Of a stretch of DNA of 64,000 nt, positions 54,040-62,567 are shown one piece after another (within the stretch, counting starts at the first letter, position 1; every line of letters begins with the position of its first letter). The stretch spans positions 51,641 through 115,640 of IMG/VR virus record IMGVR_UViG_3300045988_183117; one strand, written 5' to 3'. Below the pieces are notes generated by a model. That model worked only from the letters and a program-made list of their open reading frames with translations, did no database searches and was not told the origin of the DNA. Position numbers and translations under genes: made by a program. Origin of the DNA: a virus.

Positions 54040-55437
54040 TCAGCTTCCGAACTCAATATTTACGGAACCATCCGCTGAAATCTTGATGCGCATGGTTTTG
54101 ATATATCGTTCATAAAACTGTTTTTCCTCAGCCTTCGAAAGCTCGATGCGGGTTTGTAGATAAGCTACATTCATCATTTCCTTGACATTAAAGCTTTCAA
54201 AGTGCCTGCCGACAAAGCGCTGGCATTCACTGAGCAGTGCATCGACCTTCATTTTGTGAGATTGCCCACCTTGGCAAAACTGGTCCAGATAGCAAAAGGG
54301 AATATCACTGTCAATCATTTTCTGTACAATTTCGCTGCTGACTTTATTTTGCTCAACCATCACGAGAAATTTGGCAGTGGACACCGAGCTGATAAGCCCC
54401 CAATAGTCGGAATCCGATGAAAACAGCAGGAAACTGTCCACCTTGTTGACATAGTGCTCCTTGCAGCATCCCGCCACCAGCATCACATCCACAAGGCTTT
54501 TCCCGGTAAGGACTCGTTCTGACATTTGATGTTCAATAACCGCCTTTGTGTGTTTCTGAAGCAGATTCCAGGCAGAAGAAGCATTAACATCATTGTACAA
54601 AATGATTTTTGTGATTTTAGCAAGCGTTTCCGGCTGCATACTTTGAAGAGCCGCACACAGTTTCAGCGGGTCACAGTTTTCGCAGTCAACGAGAGCAACC
54701 GTCTGTTCGCTGGCATCCACAAATCCATAAATGTTTCTCTTGGTTTCTCTTCCTTCTCCTCTGACATTGGAGTAGCCGGTGAATACCTCACCATTCTGCT
54801 GATAAAGTCTGCTCAGAAACTTTTCGTCATTATAAAGAAGATTTCCTTCCTCATCTTTGCTCCAGCGCCAGTTAATGAACATGCGATACGGATAGCGTTC
54901 GAGGTTCTCCATATAATACTCGAAGACTTCCTTGGACTTCTTTGTGCTGTTGCCGCCAGGGATGATAAACAGCTGCCGCACGAACTCCCAGTTGACCCAG
55001 ATTGGAAACAGAGACTTGCAAGCATCGATATGCTGCTGTAAGAGAGTGTTGATTTTTGGCAGGTATTCTTCCAGCTTTGGATTCGCTTTTATGATATCGA
55101 TTCCATCTTTTCGAAGCTGATTAACCATGCCTTGTGTCTGAGGAATCGTATGCAGGTTCTTGAGCTCCATCAGAATTAACATTGAAAAGTGCTTGAAGTT
55201 GCGCTCTATCTCGGTTCGTAAGCCACAGAGGTTTCGGATGATGCGAGCATCTCGGTTATCGCTGAGTTGCTCATAAATATCTGAATCCAAACCCGTATAC
55301 TGGCTCTTCCAGTGAGAGTCTGGCACGCCAATAAGGAAAGCGACTTTTGAGACAACATCATACTCCTCACCGCGCCGTTCACGATACTTTTCCCGCTTTG
55401 AGAGCTCCTCCGTCTCTGCGTCAATCATTCGTTCCAT
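54040..55437 (-). CDS. Hypothetical 465-aa protein (possible NYN/PIN-like region VALVDCENC)
   Basis: Start moved to MERMIDAE with RBS AAGGAGGGAGG. The track's 120-aa N-terminal extension looks noncoding. Confidence 0.55.
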   Translation of the reverse strand: MERMIDAETEELSKREKYRERRGEEYDVVSKVAFLIGVPDSHWKSQYTGLDSDIYEQLSDNRDARIIRNLCGLRTEIERNFKHFSMLILMELKNLHTIPQTQGMVNQLRKDGIDIIKANPKLEEYLPKINTLLQQHIDACKSLFPIWVNWEFVRQLFIIPGGNSTKKSKEVFEYYMENLERYPYRMFINWRWSKDEEGNLLYNDEKFLSRLYQQNGEVFTGYSNVRGEGRETKRNIYGFVDASEQTVALVDCENCDPLKLCAALQSMQPETLAKITKIILYNDVNASSAWNLLQKHTKAVIEHQMSERVLTGKSLVDVMLVAGCCKEHYVNKVDSFLLFSSDSDYWGLISSVSTAKFLVMVEQNKVSSEIVQKMIDSDIPFCYLDQFCQGGQSHKMKVDALLSECQRFVGRHFESFNVKEMMNVAYLQTRIELSKAEEKQFYERYIKTMRIKISADGSVNIEFGS

Positions 55438-55945
55438 ATCACATTCCTCCCTCCTTGAATGATATCGGTATTTTCCCGTTCTGCCAAGATTATATTTGTG
55501 GTCTTTGTGATTTTCCTTGCTCACGCTTCCCTGCGGCTCATCCGATTCTTGCCCATCTGTTCCACCTGATATCAGTCCTGCGAAACTCAAATGTATGTCA
55601 CTATTATACAATGGGAAGTCCGCTTTGTGAACTGCTTTTATCAAAGCCGAATAGCCAAGTCTCTGGTTTTGGTTACAGGAGAGTTTGCTGAGACAACCGG
55701 GTAGCCAAAAAGACAAGCTGGCAGTTGTCACAAGGCCCTGCAGACGTTCTGAACCTATCTTATTGGGACGACTGCGCTCTGCTGAGAAATCTGTATGCCT
55801 TGGCATAGATTCGTTTTGACCAGGCCATCCGTTCTGATGAACATTATGAAACCAGACTTTGGACTGATTGCTCTACCTCCTCACAGCCGTCAGAAAGCCC
55901 TTACCTGCGCATCGTTTTCGTATGAGCAAGGAAACTTTACCCATG

Positions 55946-55989
55946 CAAAAAGAAAAAGCACCACAGAGGCTCTGTGCCCCTATGGTGCT
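55946..55989 (-). terminator. Rho-independent terminator after 55999..56844
   Basis: GCACCACAGAGGCTCTGTGCCCCTATGGTGC hairpin followed by TTTTTCTTTTT on the minus strand. Confidence 0.6.
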
Positions 55990-55998
55990 TATGTTTTC

Positions 55999-56844
55999 TT
56001 AGAGATAATCGCTCAGCTTAATGACGCCAACCGAGTTCGGAGATGTGTCAATATCCAGATAAGTGCATCCGGAACAATCCCTGTCGAATCTCACAATTTC
56101 GGAATGCGGGATGTGTCCAAAGATATAGAGCGTCTTATCGTGTCCAGGTCGTAACTCATCCAGGTCGTAACTGTAATATCTTCCAAAAGGATTGTTATGC
56201 GTAATCACTATATGCTGATATCTATATGGCTCTGTATAATCTATATTAACCTCCGTAACCGTCTGATTCCAAAGCCATTCAAATAATGCTCTTTGTTTCC
56301 TTGTACAGGAGAGATACTCGTATATAGTTCTTTCGGCATCATAGGGATTGCCGCACATCACTTCCAGCAAGTACAGAATAATCTTCCAAAGGCTATCGTC
56401 TTCCCATGCTATCGTATAGGTGATAAAGGCACGAACGAATGCATAGAAAGTCTTTGGCTTCCCCCGAATAATTTCGATTCGTTTATCAGCACTGCACTCA
56501 TACTCTTTGAGTTCTTCTTTTGTTTTGGGATAAGTATATCCTGCCTTGTATGTTCTGAATATTCCTGCCGCAAACAACCGAATTTGGGGGACTTTGATTA
56601 ACACATGATAGTACTGAAGCATCTTCCTGTGTTGAAGCTCATGGTTACCCTGAACCAATCTCACATCACATTCATGCTCTTGCAGAAAAGACACCGTTCT
56701 GGCATTATCTTTTCCACGGTCGGTGACATCTCCCACGCAGATGATGGTATCGCCTTCCTGCCAGCCTGCTGCATTGAGAGATTCCATCAATCCTTGATAG
56801 TTTCCATGGATATCTCCCGCCACGAAGATTTCGCTCATCCTCAT
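55999..56844 (-). CDS. Calcineurin-like metallophosphoesterase (second Ser/Thr phosphatase-like gene)
   Basis: Motifs GDIHGN, GDVTDRG and GNHE. A terminator hairpin lies downstream. Confidence 0.75.
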   Translation of the reverse strand: MRMSEIFVAGDIHGNYQGLMESLNAAGWQEGDTIICVGDVTDRGKDNARTVSFLQEHECDVRLVQGNHELQHRKMLQYYHVLIKVPQIRLFAAGIFRTYKAGYTYPKTKEELKEYECSADKRIEIIRGKPKTFYAFVRAFITYTIAWEDDSLWKIILYLLEVMCGNPYDAERTIYEYLSCTRKQRALFEWLWNQTVTEVNIDYTEPYRYQHIVITHNNPFGRYYSYDLDELRPGHDKTLYIFGHIPHSEIVRFDRDCSGCTYLDIDTSPNSVGVIKLSDYL

Positions 56845-56863
56845 CTCCCCTTCTCGTTTTCTC

Positions 56864-57613
56864 TTAAAGCATCATGAGCAGCCGTTCCATTTCATTGTTG
56901 TCCTTATAGGAGGAAATAACCATATTCCGGCGGTCGCGCTCCTGCTCTTCTTCGGGATACCAGTCTTCGGTATAGTCATCACCGAGAAGTTTCTTGGCAA
57001 TGTCTTCAATCGAGAATCCGATTCGAGGCTCCTTGTTTTCATCAAAAGCCCTCTGCGCTTCCTCAAATTTCGTATCGAGCTTTTCCTTTTCCAGCTCAAC
57101 GCCGGATGCATCTACACCAAAGAAGGTCATTTCCCATAACACACGGGACAGGCAGAATTCAAGACCATAGATGTAGATGCTGGATGGTGCCAGTTTCCAG
57201 CTAAGAACCTCGTCCCAAGCGCTGAGTTCAAAAGCATATTTCGTGGGAAGGTCCTGATTCATCACCGCGTTTTCGATTTCGTCCGTACTCATAAAGGTCA
57301 GCATCTCGTCACTAATAGGCTCAAACTTTTTCGTGTGCTTTTCTTTCCAGTTACGGAGGTCTCTCACTTCGATACAGACAGTGTCATCGCCTTCATCGCC
57401 AAATCCCTTGCAAACCACAATGATACTTTGCTCATCCGGGTTTACTGCTTTTGGCGTGACGGTCTCCATTCTGGCAAATGCTCTATCGACTTCCTTAACT
57501 GCTGCCGCCTGTTCCTCGTTATCGGAATACATGGCAGCAAATTCTTTCGCCAACTTGCTTTTATCGCAATGCATAAATGCTTCATAAGTGTTCTTGAAAT
57601 CAGTCTTTACCAT
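56864..57613 (-). CDS. Hypothetical 249-aa acidic protein
   Basis: ORF track entry. Confidence 0.55.
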   Translation of the reverse strand: MVKTDFKNTYEAFMHCDKSKLAKEFAAMYSDNEEQAAAVKEVDRAFARMETVTPKAVNPDEQSIIVVCKGFGDEGDDTVCIEVRDLRNWKEKHTKKFEPISDEMLTFMSTDEIENAVMNQDLPTKYAFELSAWDEVLSWKLAPSSIYIYGLEFCLSRVLWEMTFFGVDASGVELEKEKLDTKFEEAQRAFDENKEPRIGFSIEDIAKKLLGDDYTEDWYPEEEQERDRRNMVISSYKDNNEMERLLMML

Positions 57614-57614
57614 A

Positions 57615-57848
57615 TTATTTTTCTTTCTTCGCTTTCTGTTCTTTGATGATGGTCACCTTGACTTTGGCTGCCAGCTTTTTCTTGACCGCCTCATATTCTT
57701 TCTCAGTGCCCTTGAATGTGATTTTGTTACCGCCGCTGAGCATTGCTTCCTGCACGCTTAACGGGTCGATGCATTCCGGGTATTCTGTATGCAATCCCAC
57801 GAATGTTTCTGAACCATGTGGGCGTGGACTGATTACCTCATATACCAT
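57615..57848 (-). CDS. Hypothetical 77-aa protein
   Basis: RBS AGAGGAGAGACGAG. Confidence 0.45.
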   Translation of the reverse strand: MVYEVISPRPHGSETFVGLHTEYPECIDPLSVQEAMLSGGNKITFKGTEKEYEAVKKKLAAKVKVTIIKEQKAKKEK

Positions 57849-57880
57849 TCTCGTCTCTCCTCTAAGCCAAAAAAGACGAA

Positions 57881-58092
57881 TGGCAGCTACGCAACCGGCA
57901 GCCTGTTACCGGGCAGCGGCTACGCTTCCGTCATCCGTCTTTCATTTCTTTACAAGCAGCTACGCTTTATTGTATGACCTGCGGTATGCGGGCCTACGGT
58001 ACTTTCGGAGTAGTCTATTGCGGCTACGCTTCCCGCAAGTACATTTCGCTCAACTTTAGGCAAGTACCTACGGTTTCAAGCACCTACGGTTC
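57881..58092. repeat. Array of short motifs, GC(A/G)GCTACGC four times and (C/A)CCTACGGT(T/A) three times; a related trio sits at 16045-16100
   Basis: Read directly from the sequence. Both loci are intergenic, immediately upstream of minus-strand transcription starts. Confidence 0.4.
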
Positions 58093-58100
58093 CGACCAGG

Positions 58101-58325
58101 TTATTTATCGTCGTCGTTGTTTTCCCGGTCTTCCAGAATCTGCGGATAAATCCAAAACATGAAATATGCCAGGATAATATAAGAACCAACAAAATGAAAG
58201 AACAAGGCCGGTGTAGTCATAACATCCAAAAGACCAACGAACTTGAAAACAACAAGAGTTAAAGCAGAATTAACAAGGAACACAAGGTCCAGAAGCAAGA
58301 TTCGACCAACAGTGATATTCGACAT
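58101..58325 (-). CDS. Small 2-TM membrane protein (74 aa)
   Basis: Hydrophobic helices and an acidic C-terminus. Confidence 0.45.
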   Translation of the reverse strand: MSNITVGRILLLDLVFLVNSALTLVVFKFVGLLDVMTTPALFFHFVGSYIILAYFMFWIYPQILEDRENNDDDK

Positions 58326-58328
58326 GAT

Positions 58329-58997
58329 TTATGCCTCCTCAGCAAAATATTGATGCAGTGACTCCGATACGATTTCCTGCGTTTCCTGGCTCCAACGAGT
58401 ATACGCATTGTCAGGGAACTCGGCATTCTCTACCATGCTCAGCTTCCAGGAGGATACAGGAACCCCGTTCTGGACTGTAATTATGGTGGGCGCTCCGATT
58501 CTCTTTTCACCGATACTGATGCTTTCGCCGTTCTCGTCTTTCACAGTATAGTCGATGAGATAATCGCTCAGCCAGTCAAGAAGCTCATAATACCCTTTTC
58601 CGGGAGCCGCGGTCATGACCGGGCCATTCAGAGTCTCATCAAATTCATACTTGTCGCGGTAGTTATCAATCTGGCAATAGTAGAGGGTCTTTTCCTCCTC
58701 TTTTGCAGTTTCAATAAGTTCCGGCATCAGGTTCCGGCAATAAGGGCAGGTAGGAAATGCAAAAACGATAATGCCATCAGCTACGCTTCGTGCTTCCTCC
58801 GCCGTCACTTCTTTGATGGAGGCAAAGGCAGGAACTTTGATTTCCTGGAATGTCTCTTCTGCCGTCGAGCTACGCTTCATTCCATTATAGCCCTCATAGG
58901 TCCTTGCTAAAGCAACGGAAGGTATTCCGGCAGTGCAGATTGCGGCTGCCATTGCCAGTGTTGCTGCAGCGTATGGAATTAAAAACTTTCTTTTCAT
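58329..58997 (-). CDS. Secreted thioredoxin-fold protein (CxxC thiol-disulfide oxidoreductase)
   Basis: Signal peptide. FAFPTCPYCRNL is the active-site motif. Driven by promoter B2. Confidence 0.7.
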   Translation of the reverse strand: MKRKFLIPYAAATLAMAAAICTAGIPSVALARTYEGYNGMKRSSTAEETFQEIKVPAFASIKEVTAEEARSVADGIIVFAFPTCPYCRNLMPELIETAKEEEKTLYYCQIDNYRDKYEFDETLNGPVMTAAPGKGYYELLDWLSDYLIDYTVKDENGESISIGEKRIGAPTIITVQNGVPVSSWKLSMVENAEFPDNAYTRWSQETQEIVSESLHQYFAEEA

Positions 58998-59102
58998 AGG
59001 ACATGCTTCCGATTTGATTTAGATAACCTCAAACCTTGATTAGATTGCATCTGAATGATTTGTGGTCAGAGGTATGTACAATTTTTCTTTTCTATATCTG
59101 CA

Positions 59103-59130
59103 TTATACCATAAATTGCACTTTTTCTCAA
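59103..59130 (-). promoter_or_regulatory. Family B promoter B2 (TTGAGA-AAAAGTGCAATTTATGG-TATAAT)
   Basis: Upstream of the thioredoxin-like gene. Confidence 0.5.
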
Positions 59131-59228
59131 TTTGGAAGCCGGTTTGTTAAATGAAAGTTCACGATTAGCGGTCAAAGTGTTGCCAGCCTGCCAGACGAGA
59201 GGTTGAAGTAGCTCCATCAACCCTTCTG

Positions 59229-59531
59229 TCAGCCTTTCAATGCTTCCTGGAAGAAAGCGTTGTCCATGCGTCTTGTCTTTTCCTTGTGCGGCGGAATCAA
59301 GTCAAATACTTGTCTACTCTGCTTTCCCTCTTGTGTCTTCGTCTTTTCTTCTTTTCCAGCTTCTGAGATATCGAAATCGTCATCGAAGTCATCGTCATCG
59401 AAGAACCAAGAACACACGGACGATTCACTCATGGTTTTGAGTTCAAGACACTCTTCACAATAAGTTTGGGGTTCTCCCACACGAGCTTCAAACTTGCGCT
59501 TGCAGGTTGGACATACTCGAATCGCTATCAT
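59229..59531 (-). CDS. Small zinc-ribbon protein with an acidic linker
   Basis: CPTC...CEEC, then a DDDDFDDDFD run. Confidence 0.5.
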   Translation of the reverse strand: MIAIRVCPTCKRKFEARVGEPQTYCEECLELKTMSESSVCSWFFDDDDFDDDFDISEAGKEEKTKTQEGKQSRQVFDLIPPHKEKTRRMDNAFFQEALKG

Positions 59532-60805
59532 TGGTCATCCATCTCCTCTTCATTGTATCCATTATGCGTCAATGGGTTAATCCCATCGCGGCGAATTCCG
59601 TCGTCGTCGTATTTATGTGCTGGCATTGGGATGTTGTCAAAATCCTTGAAATCGAGAACTTTGTTTCCTAGTGCCCGGCTGATACCGTCTTGCATTCCTC
59701 GCTCACAAACGACATGGTAAGGCACTCGTCCGTTTTTTTGATATTCGAGTTCTTCAAGCTCAATGACCGGCAGCGTTATGGTTTTGCATTTCTGTTCATT
59801 GATGTATGCTTCAACATATCGCCCAGAAGTAACGGTTGTATGGCTTTCAGCCATCTCATCCAGCCACACGGAAATCATTTCATTGAGTTCGTTTCGTGTT
59901 AAAGCTGCTGTTCGAGTAAGAAGTTCCACGCCGATAGAACTTGTTGGAACGAAATAGCTGTACTTGTAGACTTGCTCGAGATTTGTGAGCGTCAAGAGCC
60001 TTGTTGCGTTATGGGTTTTGATGATATCAGCGCTGTCGATTGCTTTGCCGTACTTATCGCCAGTAATGATTTTGGGAACCATAGCGCAGGTCTTGCCGAT
60101 AACGATGCACTTAGGCGGCATGCTGCAGACAGTTGTGAAGTCCTCGTCCGTTGCTGCAAGTGAGCTGGATTTCAAGAGTTCCATCACTGCACTTACACGC
60201 CGCTGTTCGTAAGACACAACCCATCGCATCAGCTTATCGAGCGTACAGTAGAGAAAAGAAATGCCTGTGCGGTTGATTACGATACCTACCAGACGGCTTT
60301 GACCGAGCGTGTACTCCTCGCCCATTGTGGTGCTCGTCTTGATAGTTGCAGAGATTTCATCGGACAGGAAAAGAAGCCCTTTGTCATAGAAGAAGTCGCT
60401 CATGAAGGATTGGGACGCATCCTGTTCAGAATTAAGAACATCAATCAGCTTGATTCCAGCTTCCTTGGCAGGTTGAATTCCCGCTGCTCGGCACATGCAG
60501 AGTGTCGTTTCCACCCTGGTGAGCCGTCCTTGTTCGCCTTTGATTCGCCGCTTCATAGCCGCCCGCTTGTCTACATCCAGAGCGTCTTTTTGAGTGCTTC
60601 GAATGTATTTCAGACCGTCCGGAGAGATACGCACATACCGCGATTCATCTCTCATAAAAACCTCAACATACCCATGCTTTTTGGCCGCTCTCAGAGCTTT
60701 GGTAACGCATTGATATGGGATGTCAGAGAGAGCAATGGCAAGCTGCTTGTGCTGGATAGAATCAACGCCATAGAGATATACGAGAAGCTTTTGTTCGTTC
60801 GTCAT
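59528..60805 (-). CDS. Hypothetical 425-aa protein, possibly a winged-helix replication-initiator-like protein
   Basis: The N-terminal 60 aa are wHTH-like. An IR and iteron-like site lies upstream. The assignment is speculative. Confidence 0.5.
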   Translation of the reverse strand: MTNEQKLLVYLYGVDSIQHKQLAIALSDIPYQCVTKALRAAKKHGYVEVFMRDESRYVRISPDGLKYIRSTQKDALDVDKRAAMKRRIKGEQGRLTRVETTLCMCRAAGIQPAKEAGIKLIDVLNSEQDASQSFMSDFFYDKGLLFLSDEISATIKTSTTMGEEYTLGQSRLVGIVINRTGISFLYCTLDKLMRWVVSYEQRRVSAVMELLKSSSLAATDEDFTTVCSMPPKCIVIGKTCAMVPKIITGDKYGKAIDSADIIKTHNATRLLTLTNLEQVYKYSYFVPTSSIGVELLTRTAALTRNELNEMISVWLDEMAESHTTVTSGRYVEAYINEQKCKTITLPVIELEELEYQKNGRVPYHVVCERGMQDGISRALGNKVLDFKDFDNIPMPAHKYDDDGIRRDGINPLTHNGYNEEEMDDQ

Positions 60806-60893
60806 AGTACCACCAAAGTTGTCCGTTCGATTCCGTACCTCATATGAATCGCAGGGCTGAAATTCATATCGTACCGCGTAAAATCAAAAAGAA

Positions 60894-60968
60894 AGAGTAA
60901 CATTTCTAGGGAACGAAAATATGACACCTAAAAATGTTACTCTTTTATATCCCTTAAAATGTTACTAC
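60894..60968. repeat. Perfect 12-bp inverted repeat AGAGTAACATTT / AAATGTTACTCT with a third half-site, upstream of 59528..60805
   Basis: Read directly from the sequence; 25-bp spacer. Confidence 0.45.
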
Positions 60969-60977
60969 CGGACTACG

Positions 60978-61766
60978 TTAAAGCCAATGGAAGAGGTCGG
61001 CTTTTGAGCAAAGAATCACTTCCAAATACGGGTCATATTCGGTCGGAATTGCAGTGTAAAGGAAGCTCATCATATCCCATCCATCACCGTGTTGGAACAC
61101 CCTGCAAATGGCATTTGTGATGGCTCCCGTATAGACATTGTTGCTGTCAATCGGGGTCTTTTTCGTGGGTGAAACGCCGCGACAAAACACGAGAAAAAGT
61201 TGTTCGGAAGGCAGGTTGATTGGCCCATTTTGAGCGATAAATGCCTTGATAGCAGCCTCCGTGATGTAATCGAATTCGGCATCAAGATAATACTGCCCAA
61301 CAGCGTCTTTCGCCTTTGCCTTCCGGCTGTACCACTCATGCTGAAAAGGCGGCAAAAAGGAAGAAAACCGGAGCTTGAGAAAGCCATTTTGAGGGATAGA
61401 AACCATACAGAAATCGTTTGGAATTGACGTTGCAATGTTTTTTCGCTGATACGGTGCAGGGGCTTCATCACTCTCAAATGAGACAAGGATTGACCGCTCG
61501 GCTTTAAGAATCTCAATCGAAACATCATTGCGAATGGAATCCGGCAGCTTTTTCAAGGGAACATCATCCGGAACCGATTTCAAAGCATCCACTGCCTTTT
61601 GGAGCTTGCTTTTTACGAACTTTGTCGATGCATTGTACAAAACCGGGACTTGATATTCGGCTTCAGGGGCATCATCACCGGCGTTGCGTTTGACATTGTT
61701 TTTGTCGATGCGACGTTTATAATCATTTAATGATGGGAACGCCATTCCAAACATCCTCGTCGTCAA
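60978..61766 (-). CDS. Hypothetical 262-aa protein
   Basis: ORF track entry. Confidence 0.5.
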   Translation of the reverse strand: MTTRMFGMAFPSLNDYKRRIDKNNVKRNAGDDAPEAEYQVPVLYNASTKFVKSKLQKAVDALKSVPDDVPLKKLPDSIRNDVSIEILKAERSILVSFESDEAPAPYQRKNIATSIPNDFCMVSIPQNGFLKLRFSSFLPPFQHEWYSRKAKAKDAVGQYYLDAEFDYITEAAIKAFIAQNGPINLPSEQLFLVFCRGVSPTKKTPIDSNNVYTGAITNAICRVFQHGDGWDMMSFLYTAIPTEYDPYLEVILCSKADLFHWL

Positions 61767-62313
61767 TTTGTTCCGTCACATTCAGGTCATAGTTGTCGCT
61801 GACCATGCAGAAATAACGAATCCCGCATTCACTCAGAAGCTTTCGATTTGCGCCGGGGGCCAGGATTGCGATACGGGAAGTGACCGGCATCATATCCTCA
61901 CGAATGCCAAGGCTCCGAATCGTGTCTCCCAAAATAAGTTCGTTGCCACGTTCAAATTCACAAACATAGTAGACACTGCCATCGAAGCAGAAGCTCAACA
62001 GCCAGGGAGTGCCGCTGGGAATCGTAAAATTACGACTCTCCGGCAAAAATTCACATGCAACGCGGAAAGCACGGCAGCGCTTGCGGATGCTGCTCGTCAT
62101 CGTGATGTAATCGGCTTTCGCCAACCCTTCTTTGGTAGGATAGCAGGCCGGACGGCGGTTGGAGCCTTTACGGCAGGCGTTGTAAATGATTTCCTGTGCC
62201 ATGTTTTTGCTGACCTGATATTGACGAGTGAGATACTCGGCCATCAGTTCATTGGGAATAACGGGGATGGCATCCAGCAGTTCGCGGATATCGGAATTGT
62301 GAATCTCAGACAT
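61723..62313 (-). CDS. Hypothetical 196-aa protein
   Basis: Start moved to MSEIHNS with RBS GAAAGGAGA. Confidence 0.5.
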   Translation of the reverse strand: MSEIHNSDIRELLDAIPVIPNELMAEYLTRQYQVSKNMAQEIIYNACRKGSNRRPACYPTKEGLAKADYITMTSSIRKRCRAFRVACEFLPESRNFTIPSGTPWLLSFCFDGSVYYVCEFERGNELILGDTIRSLGIREDMMPVTSRIAILAPGANRKLLSECGIRYFCMVSDNYDLNVTEQIDDEDVWNGVPIIK

Positions 62314-62445
62314 ACAAATGTCTCCTTTCATTTCTAGCAAAATGAACCAATGTGTTCTTTTGCCGTTTGTGAACCATAAATTAAACGCATTAGCGTTGCG
62401 CTTACGTGAAATTGAATTGTGCCTTTTTATGGATAAAAGAAAAAG

Positions 62446-62488
62446 AATGACACATTTTGAAAGTGAAAAATGAACACATTTTGACGTG
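62446..62488. repeat. Direct repeats AATGACACATTTTGAAAGTG and AATGAACACATTTTGACGTG in the intergenic region downstream of the VirB4-like gene
   Basis: Read directly from the sequence. Related half-sites lie at 62341-62380. Confidence 0.4.
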
Positions 62489-62567
62489 TACATTCACAGC
62501 TTTACTCAAAATGTATCATTCTTTATAATAATCAGCGCTCCTTCGCTTTATTTTGATGTTTCAAATA

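Noticed and set aside
55438-55806. 120-aa N-terminal extension of ORF 54040..55806
   Set aside because: It has a non-protein-like composition. An extended -10 and a perfect RBS precede the MERM start at 55437, so the extension is treated as leader.
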